DNA of 30,513 nt. Source: a virus. Its lineage: Duplodnaviria; Heunggongvirae; Uroviricota; Caudoviricetes. The DNA is taken from IMG/VR virus record IMGVR_UViG_2778261535_000002; one strand, given 5' to 3'. This document shows positions 22,486 to 30,513 of the stretch, one piece after another (within the stretch, counting starts at the first letter, position 1; each line of letters starts with the position of its first letter). The notes beneath the pieces were generated by a model that worked only from the letters and a program-made list of their open reading frames with translations, was not told where the DNA came from and did no database searches. Position numbers and translations under genes: made by a program.

Positions 22486-22928
22486 GCAGCCTTCCCTTTT
22501 CGTTGTGACCATTCATACTCTCGCCGGGAGTCATCACTCCACCGCACGTTGCGCTCTGAGCCGAACCAGAACATGATTTCGATAAGCTCAGTCATGCTGG
22601 CCTTTCGCATTTTGCTGGTACGCACGCCAAGCATAACAACGCCACCGTCGATACCAGGCGCACTTCGTTGCTCCAGTTTTTTGGTCTTAAGCCACAGGGC
22701 AGTGAACAGGTCTTTCCAGTCCTCCGGCGCAAGTCTCTCTCCATGCCAAAGCACCTGACGCGATACGTCCTGCAATAACGCCCACATAAGGCGGTTTTGA
22801 GGATTGCTCCGCTTTGGTTCTTTAATGTGGACTTCGTGAGGTGACTTGTCGTCGATCGGAAGTGAGAGTATTGCGTCTATGGCGTTGTTTCTGATTGCTT
22901 CGTTGCGAAGCATGTATATTTGCTTCAT
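22482..22928 (-). CDS. ninB: NinB (Orf-family recombination mediator)
   Basis: 148 aa ORF with a C-terminal ...[21 protein letters not shown], similar in length and pattern to lambda NinB. Confidence 0.75.
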   Translation of the reverse strand: MKQIYMLRNEAIRNNAIDAILSLPIDDKSPHEVHIKEPKRSNPQNRLMWALLQDVSRQVLWHGERLAPEDWKDLFTALWLKTKKLEQRSAPGIDGGVVMLGVRTSKMRKASMTELIEIMFWFGSERNVRWSDDSRREYEWSQRKGKAA

Positions 22929-22935
22929 CGTTACC

Positions 22936-23142
22936 TCAACTCACAAAACGCCACGCCACTTTTGCTACGACAACAGGCATAACACCGATAATCACCCACA
23001 GGAAAATGCTACCGAAAAGCACACCCACCAGGTCTTTACCTTCGCCTACCAACCGGACAAAACTGCTGGCAACAACAATGAACGTCGCCACCATCCACAT
23101 AGCACCGAGAATCCTCAATGCAGAGAAAATTAACTCAGCCAC
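22936..23142 (-). CDS. small hydrophobic protein with two predicted transmembrane helices (GTG start)
   Basis: 68 aa ORF (MAELIFSALRILGAMWMVATFIVVASSFV ... LVGVLFGSIFLWVIIGVMPVVVA); GGGGGAGGG 6 nt upstream of the GTG; lies directly after the tR2-like terminator. Confidence 0.55.
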   Translation of the reverse strand: MAELIFSALRILGAMWMVATFIVVASSFVRLVGEGKDLVGVLFGSIFLWVIIGVMPVVVAKVAWRFVS

Positions 23143-23156
23143 GATTTACCCTCCCC

Positions 23157-23189
23157 CAAATAAAAAGGCCTGCGATTACCAGCAGGCCT
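23157..23189 (-). terminator. intrinsic terminator downstream of ren (tR2-like)
   Basis: - strand AGGCCTGC-TGGTAATC-GCAGGCCT followed by TTTTTATTTG. Confidence 0.75.
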
Positions 23190-23214
23190 GTTATTAGCTC
23201 AGTGATGTAGATGG

Positions 23215-23505
23215 TCATCTTTTAACTCCATATACCGCCAATACCCGTTTCATCGCGGCACTCTGGCGACACTCCTTAAAAATCAGGTTCGTGCTCATCT
23301 TTCCTTCCCGTTCTTCCCTGGTAGCAAACCGGTAATACACCGTTCGCCAGACCTTACCTTCGATAACCAGAAGACCTGCCCGTGCCATTTTAGCCGCGGC
23401 CTGATTTATGCTGGTTACTGTTGCGCCTGTTAGCGCGGCAACGTCCGGCGCACAGAAGCTATTATGCGTCCCCAGGTAATGAATAATTGCCTCTTTGCCC
23501 GTCAT
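23215..23505 (-). CDS. ren: Ren (Rex exclusion resistance protein)
   Basis: 96 aa ORF starting MTGKEAIIHYLGTHNSFCAPDVAALTG, recalled lambda Ren. Confidence 0.85.
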   Translation of the reverse strand: MTGKEAIIHYLGTHNSFCAPDVAALTGATVTSINQAAAKMARAGLLVIEGKVWRTVYYRFATREEREGKMSTNLIFKECRQSAAMKRVLAVYGVKR

Positions 23506-24203
23506 ACACTTGCTCCTTTCAGTCCGAACTTAGCTTTGAGTTCTGCGATCTTCGCCAGAGCCTGTGCACGATTTAGAGGTCTACCGCCCATGACAGGAAG
23601 TTGTTTTACTGGTTCAGGGATCGCCTCACCACGGTTAATTCTCGCAGTCATATGGACAAGCTCATCTGCGGCCTTACGGCGTAATTCCGCATCAGTAAGC
23701 GCATTGGCCCGCATGTTCTGATACAGGTTGGTAACCAGCCAGTAGTGCGCGTTTGATTTCCACGGATAAGACTCCGCATCCGGATACAGGCCTCGCTTCC
23801 GGCAATACTCGTAAACCATATCAACCAGCTCGCTGACGTTTGGCAGTCCGGCGATAACGGATGCTTCTTCCCGGCACCATGCAACAAACTGCCCGGGTGA
23901 TGGCAGAAATGGTCGATTCTGCCGACGGGCTACGCGCATTCCTGCGTTAACCTGTTCCATTGTGGTGATCCCGTTTTCCCGGAAAGCCAGCACCCACTGG
24001 CGGCGGATTTCGTTCAGTTCGTTCTGGTCCCGGTTAGCCAGGCTCGCCGGGAAAGTTGCCAGTAACTGGCTGAACACACCATTGATGATCTGCGCTACCT
24101 GCTGTACCTGCGGCTTTTCGTCGTACTGTTCCGGCATGTTGTTGGCGATCCTACGCATCTGCTCACGGTCAAAGTTAACCATCTGTGCGGCGATGTTTTT
24201 CAT
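23502..24203 (-). CDS. P: replication protein P (DnaB helicase loader)
   Basis: 233 aa ORF, same length and position as lambda P. Confidence 0.9.
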   Translation of the reverse strand: MKNIAAQMVNFDREQMRRIANNMPEQYDEKPQVQQVAQIINGVFSQLLATFPASLANRDQNELNEIRRQWVLAFRENGITTMEQVNAGMRVARRQNRPFLPSPGQFVAWCREEASVIAGLPNVSELVDMVYEYCRKRGLYPDAESYPWKSNAHYWLVTNLYQNMRANALTDAELRRKAADELVHMTARINRGEAIPEPVKQLPVMGGRPLNRAQALAKIAELKAKFGLKGASV

Positions 24204-25099
24204 AGATCCACCCCGTAAATCCAGTCTGTGTTTGTCAGGTCGAGTTTTGGTTTGCTGGCTGTCACGACTGCCTGTTGCTTGTTACGGTTGATTTCGAGCT
24301 GGGTCCACTTGTCGCGGAGTTTGGCCGGGCTAAGCACGTTACCGGACCAGAAGTTGTCCTGGCATGCCCAGCGGAACAGCACGCACATGTCGCGGTGGTT
24401 ACGTCCGTCACGTTCACGCATCAGGCGGATATCGTTAGCCCACCCTGCAAAATTCGGTTTTCTGGCTGATGGCGCGATGGTCTTCACCATGTCAAACATC
24501 CACTCTGCGGCGGTCAGGTCTTCTGCTGTTCCCCACTTGCTGCCGCTCTGAATTGCAGCATCCGGTTTAACCACAGAAAGATCGTTTTCTGGCTGGTCAG
24601 AGGATTCGCCAGAATTCTCGGACGAATAATCTTTTCTTTTTTCTTTTGTAATAGTGTCTTTTGTGTCCCCCTGTTTTGAGGGATAGCAATCCCCCAATTT
24701 GAGGGATGTTTTATCCCTCGTTTTAGGGGATTTTCCCTCGTTTTGAGGGATACACCATTCTGAGATGTTTTTATTTGGTCCAAACATGCCGCCTTGCTGC
24801 TTGATAATATTCATTCTGACGAGTTCTAACTTGGCTTCATTGCACCGTTTGACAGGTAACTTTGTAATCTCGCTAAGTTGAGAATCGGTGATTCTGTCCA
24901 TTGGTTTATTCCACCCATAGGTTTTACGCAGAATGGCAAGCAGCACTTTAAACTGTCGCTTGGTCAGATCTGCGCCCGAATAAGCCTCAAGCAGCATATT
25001 TGATAGTCTGGCGTAACCATCATCGAGATCTGCCACATTACGCTCCTGTCCGGCAAAGTTACCTCTGCCGAAGTTGAGTATTTTTGCTGTATTTGTCAT
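24200..25099 (-). CDS. O: replication initiator O
   Basis: 299 aa ORF, same length as lambda O; contains the ori iterons. Confidence 0.9.
   Translation of the reverse strand: MTNTAKILNFGRGNFAGQERNVADLDDGYARLSNMLLEAYSGADLTKRQFKVLLAILRKTYGWNKPMDRITDSQLSEITKLPVKRCNEAKLELVRMNIIKQQGGMFGPNKNISEWCIPQNEGKSPKTRDKTSLKLGDCYPSKQGDTKDTITKEKRKDYSSENSGESSDQPENDLSVVKPDAAIQSGSKWGTAEDLTAAEWMFDMVKTIAPSARKPNFAGWANDIRLMRERDGRNHRDMCVLFRWACQDNFWSGNVLSPAKLRDKWTQLEINRNKQQAVVTASKPKLDLTNTDWIYGVDL
24665..24760 (-). repeat. ori: ori lambda iterons (four O-binding repeats) with adjacent AT-rich region
   Basis: Repeated TCCCTC ... GAGGGA units inside the O reading frame; neighbouring AT-rich stretch with a GAATTC site as in lambda ori. 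Confidence 0.85.
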
Positions 25100-25109
25100 A
25101 ATGACTCCT

Positions 25110-25187
25110 GTTGATAGATCCAGTAATGACCTCAGAACTCCATCTGGATTTGTTCAGAACGCTCGGTTGCCGCCGGGCGTTTTTTAT
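25110..25187 (+). ncRNA. oop: oop antisense RNA ending at the t0 terminator
   Basis: Matches recalled lambda oop/t0 sequence (GTTGATAGATCCAGTAATGACC ... GGTTGCCGCCGGGCGTTTTTTATT); antisense to the cII 3' end. Confidence 0.65.
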
Positions 25188-25425
25188 TGGTGAGAATCGC
25201 AGCAACTTGTCGCGCCAATCGAGCCATGTCGTCGTCAACGACCCCCCATTCAAGAACAGCAAGCAGCATTGAGAACTTGGGAATCCAGTCTCTCTTCCAC
25301 CTGCTGATCTGCGACTTATCAACTCCCACAGCTTCCGCTGTCTTCTCAGTTCCAAGCATTGCGATTTTGTTAAGCAACGCACTCTCGATTCGTAGTGCCT
25401 CGTTGCGTTTGTTTGCACGAACCAT
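25132..25425 (-). CDS. cII: transcriptional activator cII
   Basis: ORF trimmed to the MVRANKRNEALRIESALLNKIAMLGTEKTAEAVGVDKSQISRWKRDWIPKF start (97 aa), recalled lambda cII. Confidence 0.9.
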   Translation of the reverse strand: MVRANKRNEALRIESALLNKIAMLGTEKTAEAVGVDKSQISRWKRDWIPKFSMLLAVLEWGVVDDDMARLARQVAAILTNKKRPAATERSEQIQMEF

Positions 25426-25504
25426 ATGTAAGTATTTCCTTAGATAACAATTGATTGAATGTATGCAAATAAATGCATACACCATAGGTGTGGTTTAATT
25501 GGAT

Positions 25505-25536
25505 GCCCTTTTTCAGGGCGGGGATGGGTAAGAGCG
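25505..25536 (-). promoter_or_regulatory. nutR: nutR (boxA and boxB)
   Basis: - strand boxA CGCTCTTAC and boxB GCCCTGAAAAAGGGC between cro and cII. Confidence 0.8.
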
Positions 25537-25543
25537 GGGTTAT

Positions 25544-25753
<210 letters not shown>

Positions 25754-25770
25754 TTAGTACATGCAACTAT

Positions 25771-25834
25771 TATCACCGCCAGAGGTAAAATAGTCAACAC
25801 GCACGGTGTTAGATGTTTATCCCTTGCGGTGATA
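25771..25834. promoter_or_regulatory. OR: right operator OR1-OR2-OR3 with divergent PR and PRM
   Basis: TATCACCGCCAGAGGTA (25771..25787), CAACACGCACGGTGTTA (25795..25811), TATCCCTTGCGGTGATA (25818..25834); all three match recalled lambda OR sites. Confidence 0.9.
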
Positions 25835-25841
25835 GATTTAA

Positions 25842-26558
<717 letters not shown>

Positions 26559-26615
26559 TAGGAAGTAAGTTTTATGTTGACGGCACAGTCAACTTGGCAT
26601 AGATTAATTAAACCA

Positions 26616-26676
26616 AGCCCAGCCCCGTTCGCAGACAATTGTTAATATCTGCATAACGGCTCTGGGCTATTTTTTT
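26616..26676 (+). terminator. long hairpin plus T7 run between cI and the downstream NYN gene
   Basis: AGCCCAG ... (nested CCGTT/AACGG and GCAGA/TCTGC pairs) ... CTGGGCT followed by ATTTTTTT. Confidence 0.55.
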
Positions 26677-26685
26677 GGGACTCTT

Positions 26686-27543
26686 ATGAAGAAAGCAGCA
26701 ATTTTAATTGATGCGGGTTTTTTCATGCAGCGTGTTCATGCTACGCATCGTAAACACTTCGCCGAGCATGAACTGACTGCGCAATGCATAATGAAAGTAA
26801 TATGGTCAATGGTTCTTTCCCATCTTAATGGAAAACGTCAATCACAAGAACGTAGGGAACCGCTTGAGCTTTATAGAATTTACTTCTATGACTGTCCACC
26901 ACTCGACATTCAAACACGCCTTCCACTTCCTGAGCCTGGCAATAAGACGCCTGGTCGCAAGAATTTCAAACTCGAAAAATCATATATTCTGAGAACGGAG
27001 CTGCATGAAGAGTTAAGAAAAACTCGAAAAACAGCCTTAAGATTAGGGAATCTTGTTGATAATAAGCGATGGCAACTAACTACATTCTCCCTTGATGCTC
27101 TGATGAAAGGAACGAAAAAATGGGATGAACTGACAAATGATGATTTTTACTATGACATCAAACAAAAACAAGTTGATATCAAGCTAGGGATGGATATCAC
27201 GACTTTAGCTTATGAAAAACTTGTTGATGTAATTGTCCTTGTTGCTGGGGACTCAGACTTTGTGCCTGCCGCCAAACACGCCAGAATTAAAGGTATTGAT
27301 TTTATTCTTGATCCACTAAGACAGAATGTTACCCCATCACTGTCAGAGCACATTGATGGAGTTCAGTCATACAGCTTGATATCAGGACTTGCCGATGCTT
27401 TACATGTTGAGCCAGACCCGGCACCTGACTGGTGGGAAGATCGAAAAAAAGGCAAGCCTAGAGGAAAAAACAATAGCGGTAAACGCAGGTATGGAAACAC
27501 TCAAGCTGAGTCTGCAAAGAAACATCAAAGAAATAAACGATAA
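26686..27543 (+). CDS. NYN/PIN-like domain protein (predicted nuclease) occupying the rexA-rexB slot
   Basis: 285 aa ORF; N-terminal AAILIDAGFF and later VDVIVLVAGDSDFVPAAKHARIKGIDFIL fit the NYN/LabA-like pattern with conserved acidic residues; Lys/Arg-rich C-terminal tail; unlike recalled RexA or RexB. Confidence 0.6.
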   Translation: MKKAAILIDAGFFMQRVHATHRKHFAEHELTAQCIMKVIWSMVLSHLNGKRQSQERREPLELYRIYFYDCPPLDIQTRLPLPEPGNKTPGRKNFKLEKSYILRTELHEELRKTRKTALRLGNLVDNKRWQLTTFSLDALMKGTKKWDELTNDDFYYDIKQKQVDIKLGMDITTLAYEKLVDVIVLVAGDSDFVPAAKHARIKGIDFILDPLRQNVTPSLSEHIDGVQSYSLISGLADALHVEPDPAPDWWEDRKKGKPRGKNNSGKRRYGNTQAESAKKHQRNKR

Positions 27544-27552
27544 TCCCATCAA

Positions 27553-27579
27553 CCCGGCCACCGAGCCGGGTTTTCTTTG
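27553..27579 (+). terminator. intrinsic terminator downstream of the NYN gene
   Basis: CCCGGC-CACCGA-GCCGGG followed by TTTTCTTTG. Confidence 0.65.
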
Positions 27580-27732
27580 CCTCACGATCGCCCCACCTAA
27601 AAACACATAACCAATTGTATTTATTTTAAAATTAATAGGTGCAACTCACTAAACAACGCAATTCTGATCTCTCGATCACCTCCCAAGCCACACAACCCTG
27701 CAAAAAATAAATCTATATAAAAAACATACAGA

Positions 27733-27795
27733 TAACCATCTGCGGTGATAAATTATCTCTGGCGGTGTTGACACAAATACCACTAGCGGTGATAC
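27733..27795 (+). promoter_or_regulatory. OL: left operator OL3-OL2-OL1 with pL
   Basis: AACCATCTGCGGTGATA (27733..27749), TATCTCTGGCGGTGTTG (27753..27769), TACCACTAGCGGTGATA (27777..27793); -35 TTGACA and -10 GATACT. Confidence 0.85.
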
Positions 27796-27834
27796 TAAAC
27801 ACACCAGCAGGACGCACTAACCCACATGAAGGTG

Positions 27835-27866
27835 ATGCTCTTAAAAATTAAGCCCTGAAGAAGGGC
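27835..27866 (+). promoter_or_regulatory. nutL: nutL (boxA-like TGCTCTTAA and boxB)
   Basis: boxB GCCCTGAAGAAGGGC at 27852..27866, preceded by a boxA-like element. Confidence 0.8.
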
Positions 27867-28024
27867 AGCATTCAAAGCAGAAGGCTTTGGGGTGTGTGAT
27901 ACGAAACGAAACATTGGCCGGAAGTGCGAATCCGGATTAGCTGCAAATGAGCCAATCGTGGGGTGTTTTCGTTCAGGACTACGACTCCCACACACCACCA
28001 AAGCTAACTGACAAGAGAATCCAG

Positions 28025-28348
28025 ATGGATGCACAAACACGCCGCCGCGAACGTCGCGCAGAGAAACAGGCTCAATGGAAAGCAGCAAATCCCCTGTTGG
28101 TTGGGGTAAGCGCAAAACCAGTTAACCGCCCTATTCTCTCGCTGAATCGCAAACCGAAATCACGAGTAGAAAGCGCACTAAATCCGATAGACCTTACAGT
28201 GCTGGCTGAATACCACAAACAGATTGAAAGCAACCTGCAACGTATTGAGCGCAAGAATCAGCGCACATGGTACAGCAAGCCTGGCGAACGCGGCATAACA
28301 TGCAGTGGACGCCAGAAAATTAAGGGAAAATCGATTCCTCTTATCTAG
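28025..28348 (+). CDS. N: antiterminator N
   Basis: ORF 27947..28348 trimmed to the MDAQTRRRERRAEKQAQWKAANPLLVGVSAKPVNRPIL start (107 aa), recalled lambda N with its Arg-rich motif. Confidence 0.9.
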   Translation: MDAQTRRRERRAEKQAQWKAANPLLVGVSAKPVNRPILSLNRKPKSRVESALNPIDLTVLAEYHKQIESNLQRIERKNQRTWYSKPGERGITCSGRQKIKGKSIPLI

Positions 28349-28903
28349 TTACTTAGATATTGGCCTTGGCTTTATCTCAATATTATATGGATCATAGCTG
28401 GCAACTAATTCAGTCCAGTAAATATCCTCAATAGGGAATAATATATGCTTCCCATTCCATCGGGAAAAAGTTTTGTTCAACACACCAAGCTCAATCAACT
28501 CACTAATGTATGGGAATTGTTTTGATGTAACCACATACTTCCTGCCTTCATTAAGGGCTGCGCACAAAACCATAGATTGCTCTTCTGTAAGGTTTTGAAT
28601 TACTGATCGCACTTTATCGTTTTGCATCTTAATGCGTTTTCTTAGCTTAAATCGCTTATATCTGGCGCTGGCAATAGCTGATAATCGATGCACATTAATT
28701 GCTAGCGAAAATGCAAGAGCAAAGACGAAAACATGCCACACATGAGGAATACCGATTCTCTCATTAACATATTCAGGCCAGTTATCTGGGCTTAAAAGCA
28801 GAAGTCCAACCCAGATAACGATCATATACATGGTTCTCTCCAGAGGTTCATTACTGAACACTCGTCCGAGAATAACGAGTGGATCCATTTCTATACTCAT
28901 CAA
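28349..28903 (-). CDS. sieB: superinfection exclusion protein SieB
   Basis: 184 aa ORF on the opposite strand between N and ral, as in lambda; hydrophobic N-terminal region. Confidence 0.75.
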   Translation of the reverse strand: MMSIEMDPLVILGRVFSNEPLERTMYMIVIWVGLLLLSPDNWPEYVNERIGIPHVWHVFVFALAFSLAINVHRLSAIASARYKRFKLRKRIKMQNDKVRSVIQNLTEEQSMVLCAALNEGRKYVVTSKQFPYISELIELGVLNKTFSRWNGKHILFPIEDIYWTELVASYDPYNIEIKPRPISK

Positions 28904-29027
28904 ACTGTAGGGGTTGTAATAGTTTATCCGATTTCTCGCTGTAGGGGTACACGAGAACCACCGAGCCTGATGTGGTTAAAAGACAGGCACAATCTTTACT
29001 ACCGCAATCCACTATTTAAGGTGATAT

Positions 29028-29114
29028 ATGGAAGAAGAATTTGAAGAGTTCGAAGAGCATCCTCAGGATGTGATGGAACAATACCAGGACTATCCGTATG
29101 ACTACGACTATTGA
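29028..29114 (+). CDS. small acidic ORF (lambda orf28 position)
   Basis: 28-codon ORF MEEEFEEFEEHPQDVMEQYQDYPYDYDY upstream of and overlapping the ral start; below the ORF-track size cutoff. Confidence 0.4.
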   Translation: MEEEFEEFEEHPQDVMEQYQDYPYDYDY

Positions 29115-29298
29115 TAAAAATCAATGGTGTGGACAATTCAAGCGATGCAATGGATGCAAGCTGCAATCGGAATGCATGGTTAAGCCTGAAGAAATGTTTC
29201 CTGTAATGGAAGATGGGAAATATGTCGATAAATGGGCAATACGAACGACGGCAATGATTGCCAGAGAACTTGGTAAACAGAACAACAAAGCTGCCTGA
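29098..29298 (+). CDS. ral: restriction alleviation protein Ral
   Basis: 66 aa ORF starting MTTTIDKNQWCGQFKRCNGCKLQSECMVKPEEMF, recalled lambda Ral. Confidence 0.85.
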   Translation: MTTTIDKNQWCGQFKRCNGCKLQSECMVKPEEMFPVMEDGKYVDKWAIRTTAMIARELGKQNNKAA

Positions 29299-29480
29299 TA
29301 GTGGCCTTTATTTTTGGCATAAATAACAGAATAAACACTGCACTGTGTATTCATTCCAACGAGTGAATACACGGAGCAATGTCGCTCGTAACTAAACAGG
29401 AGTCGACTTGTTCTGATTATTGGAAATCTTCTTTGCCCTCCAGTATGAGGGCGATTTTTTATCTGTGAGGATATGAATAG

Positions 29481-29849
29481 ATGTCAAACATCAAAAAATA
29501 CATCATTGATTACGACTGGAAAGCATCAATAGAAATTGAAATCGACCATGACGTAATGACAGAGGAAAAACTTTACCAGATTAATAATTTCTGGTCAGAC
29601 TCTGAATACCGACTCAATAAACACGGCTCTGTATTAAATGCTGTATTAATCATGCTGGCGCAACATGCTCTGCTTATAGCAATTTCAAGCGACTTAAATG
29701 CATATGGTGTTGTGTGTGAGTTCGACTGGAATGATGGAAATGGTCAGGAAGGATGGCCTCCAATGGATGGTAGCGAAGGAATAAGAATTACCGATATCGA
29801 TACATCAGGAATATTTGATCCAGATGATATGACTATCAAAGCCGCCTGA
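29481..29849 (+). CDS. ea10: Ea10 (putative single-stranded-DNA-binding protein)
   Basis: 122 aa ORF, same length and position as lambda Ea10. Confidence 0.8.
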   Translation: MSNIKKYIIDYDWKASIEIEIDHDVMTEEKLYQINNFWSDSEYRLNKHGSVLNAVLIMLAQHALLIAISSDLNAYGVVCEFDWNDGNGQEGWPPMDGSEGIRITDIDTSGIFDPDDMTIKAA

Positions 29850-29921
29850 GCGCGGCGTTACCGCATACCAATAACGCTTCACTCGAGGCGTTTTTCGTTA
29901 TGTATAAATAAGGAGCACACC

Positions 29922-30086
29922 ATGCAATATGCCATTGCAGGGTGGCCTGTTGCTGGCTGCCCTTCCGAATCTTTACTTGAACGAATCACCCGTAAATTAC
30001 GTGACGGATGGAAACGCCTTATCGACATACTTAATCAGCCAGGAGTCCCAAAAAATGGATCAAACACTTATGGCTATCCAGACTAA
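29922..30086 (+). CDS. cIII: CIII (FtsH inhibitor)
   Basis: 54 aa reading frame from the ATG at 29922, translating [54 protein letters not shown], recalled lambda CIII. Confidence 0.85.
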   Translation: MQYAIAGWPVAGCPSESLLERITRKLRDGWKRLIDILNQPGVPKNGSNTYGYPD

Positions 30087-30219
30087 ATTCACTATCGCCA
30101 CTTTTATTGGCGATGAAAAGATGTTTCGTGAGGCCGTCGACGCTTATAAAAAATGGATATTAATACTGAAACTGAGATCAAGCAAAAGCATTCACTACCC
30201 CCCTTCCCTGTTTTTCTAA
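30055..30219 (+). CDS. kil: Kil (host killing, FtsZ inhibitor); start uncertain, in-frame ATGs at 30055 and 30070
   Basis: Frame ends ...[44 protein letters not shown]; overlaps the cIII 3' end and the gam 5' end as in lambda. Confidence 0.7.
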   Translation: MDQTLMAIQTKFTIATFIGDEKMFREAVDAYKKWILILKLRSSKSIHYPPSLFF

Positions 30220-30513
30220 TCAGCCCGGCATTTCGCGGACGATATTTTCACAGCTATTTCAGGAGTTCAGCCATGAACGCTTATTACATTCAGGATCGTC
30301 TTGAGGCTCAGAGCTGGGCGCGTCACTACCAGCAGATCGCCCGTGAAGAGAAAGAGGCAGAACTGGCAGACGACATGGAAAAAGGCCTGCCCCAGCACCT
30401 GTTTGAATCGCTATGCATCGATCATTTGCAACGCCACGGGGCCAGCAAAAAAGCCATTACCCGTGCGTTTGATGACGATGTTGAGTTTCAGGAGCGCATG
30501 GCAGAACACATCC
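30153..30513 (+). CDS. gam: Gam (RecBCD inhibitor), partial, runs off the window end
   Basis: Frame from the ATG at 30153 reads [15 protein letters not shown]... with an in-frame internal [21 protein letters not shown] (GamS-type start), as recalled for lambda Gam. Confidence 0.85.
   Translation, partial: MDINTETEIKQKHSLPPFPVFLISPAFRGRYFHSYFRSSAMNAYYIQDRLEAQSWARHYQQIAREEKEAELADDMEKGLPQHLFESLCIDHLQRHGASKKAITRAFDDDVEFQERMAEHI

Noticed and set aside
24665-24760. Short direct and inverted repeats that could be mistaken for a CRISPR-like or tandem-repeat array
   Set aside because: They are the four O-protein iterons of ori lambda inside the O gene: no spacer-repeat periodicity and no cas genes.
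25059-25485. ORFs 25059..25418 (119 aa) and the 20-codon N-terminal extension of the cII ORF
   Set aside because: The first overlaps cII and the oop/t0 region in another frame; cII is recognised from MVRANKRNEAL, so the upstream in-frame Met is not the start.
27389-27610. Overlapping 73 aa (+) and 68 aa (-) ORFs at the 3' end of the NYN gene
   Set aside because: Both overlap the NYN reading frame and its terminator, with no independent signals; likely spurious.

Overview
This window is a lambda-like temperate phage or prophage (immunity type lambda), read here as the reverse complement of the conventional lambda map. No search was run: calls rest on the six-frame ORF track, my recall of lambda protein and DNA sequences, and motifs read directly from the sequence. 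Order along the + strand: tail genes I (partial), K, L, M, H, G/G-T, V, U, Z, FII, FI; head genes E, D, C/Nu3, B, W; terminase A and Nu1 (all on the - strand); cos; an AT-rich right-end accessory region; lysis genes Rz (shortened), R, S; two tRNA genes; a Q-like gene that is not lambda Q; the nin region; ren, P, O with ori iterons; cII, cro, OR, cI; OL/pL, N, sieB, ral, ea10, cIII, kil, gam (partial). The backbone is lambda-like, but several slots carry different cargo. The most interesting is a NYN/PIN-like predicted nuclease sitting where lambda has rexA-rexB, insulated by intrinsic terminators. Others are a KilA-N two-gene module replacing bor and the distal Rz/Rz1, a tRNA pair between Q and S, a divergent cosN core, a small membrane-protein gene after the tR2-like terminator, and a Dam-like methyltransferase plus an extra ORF in the nin region.
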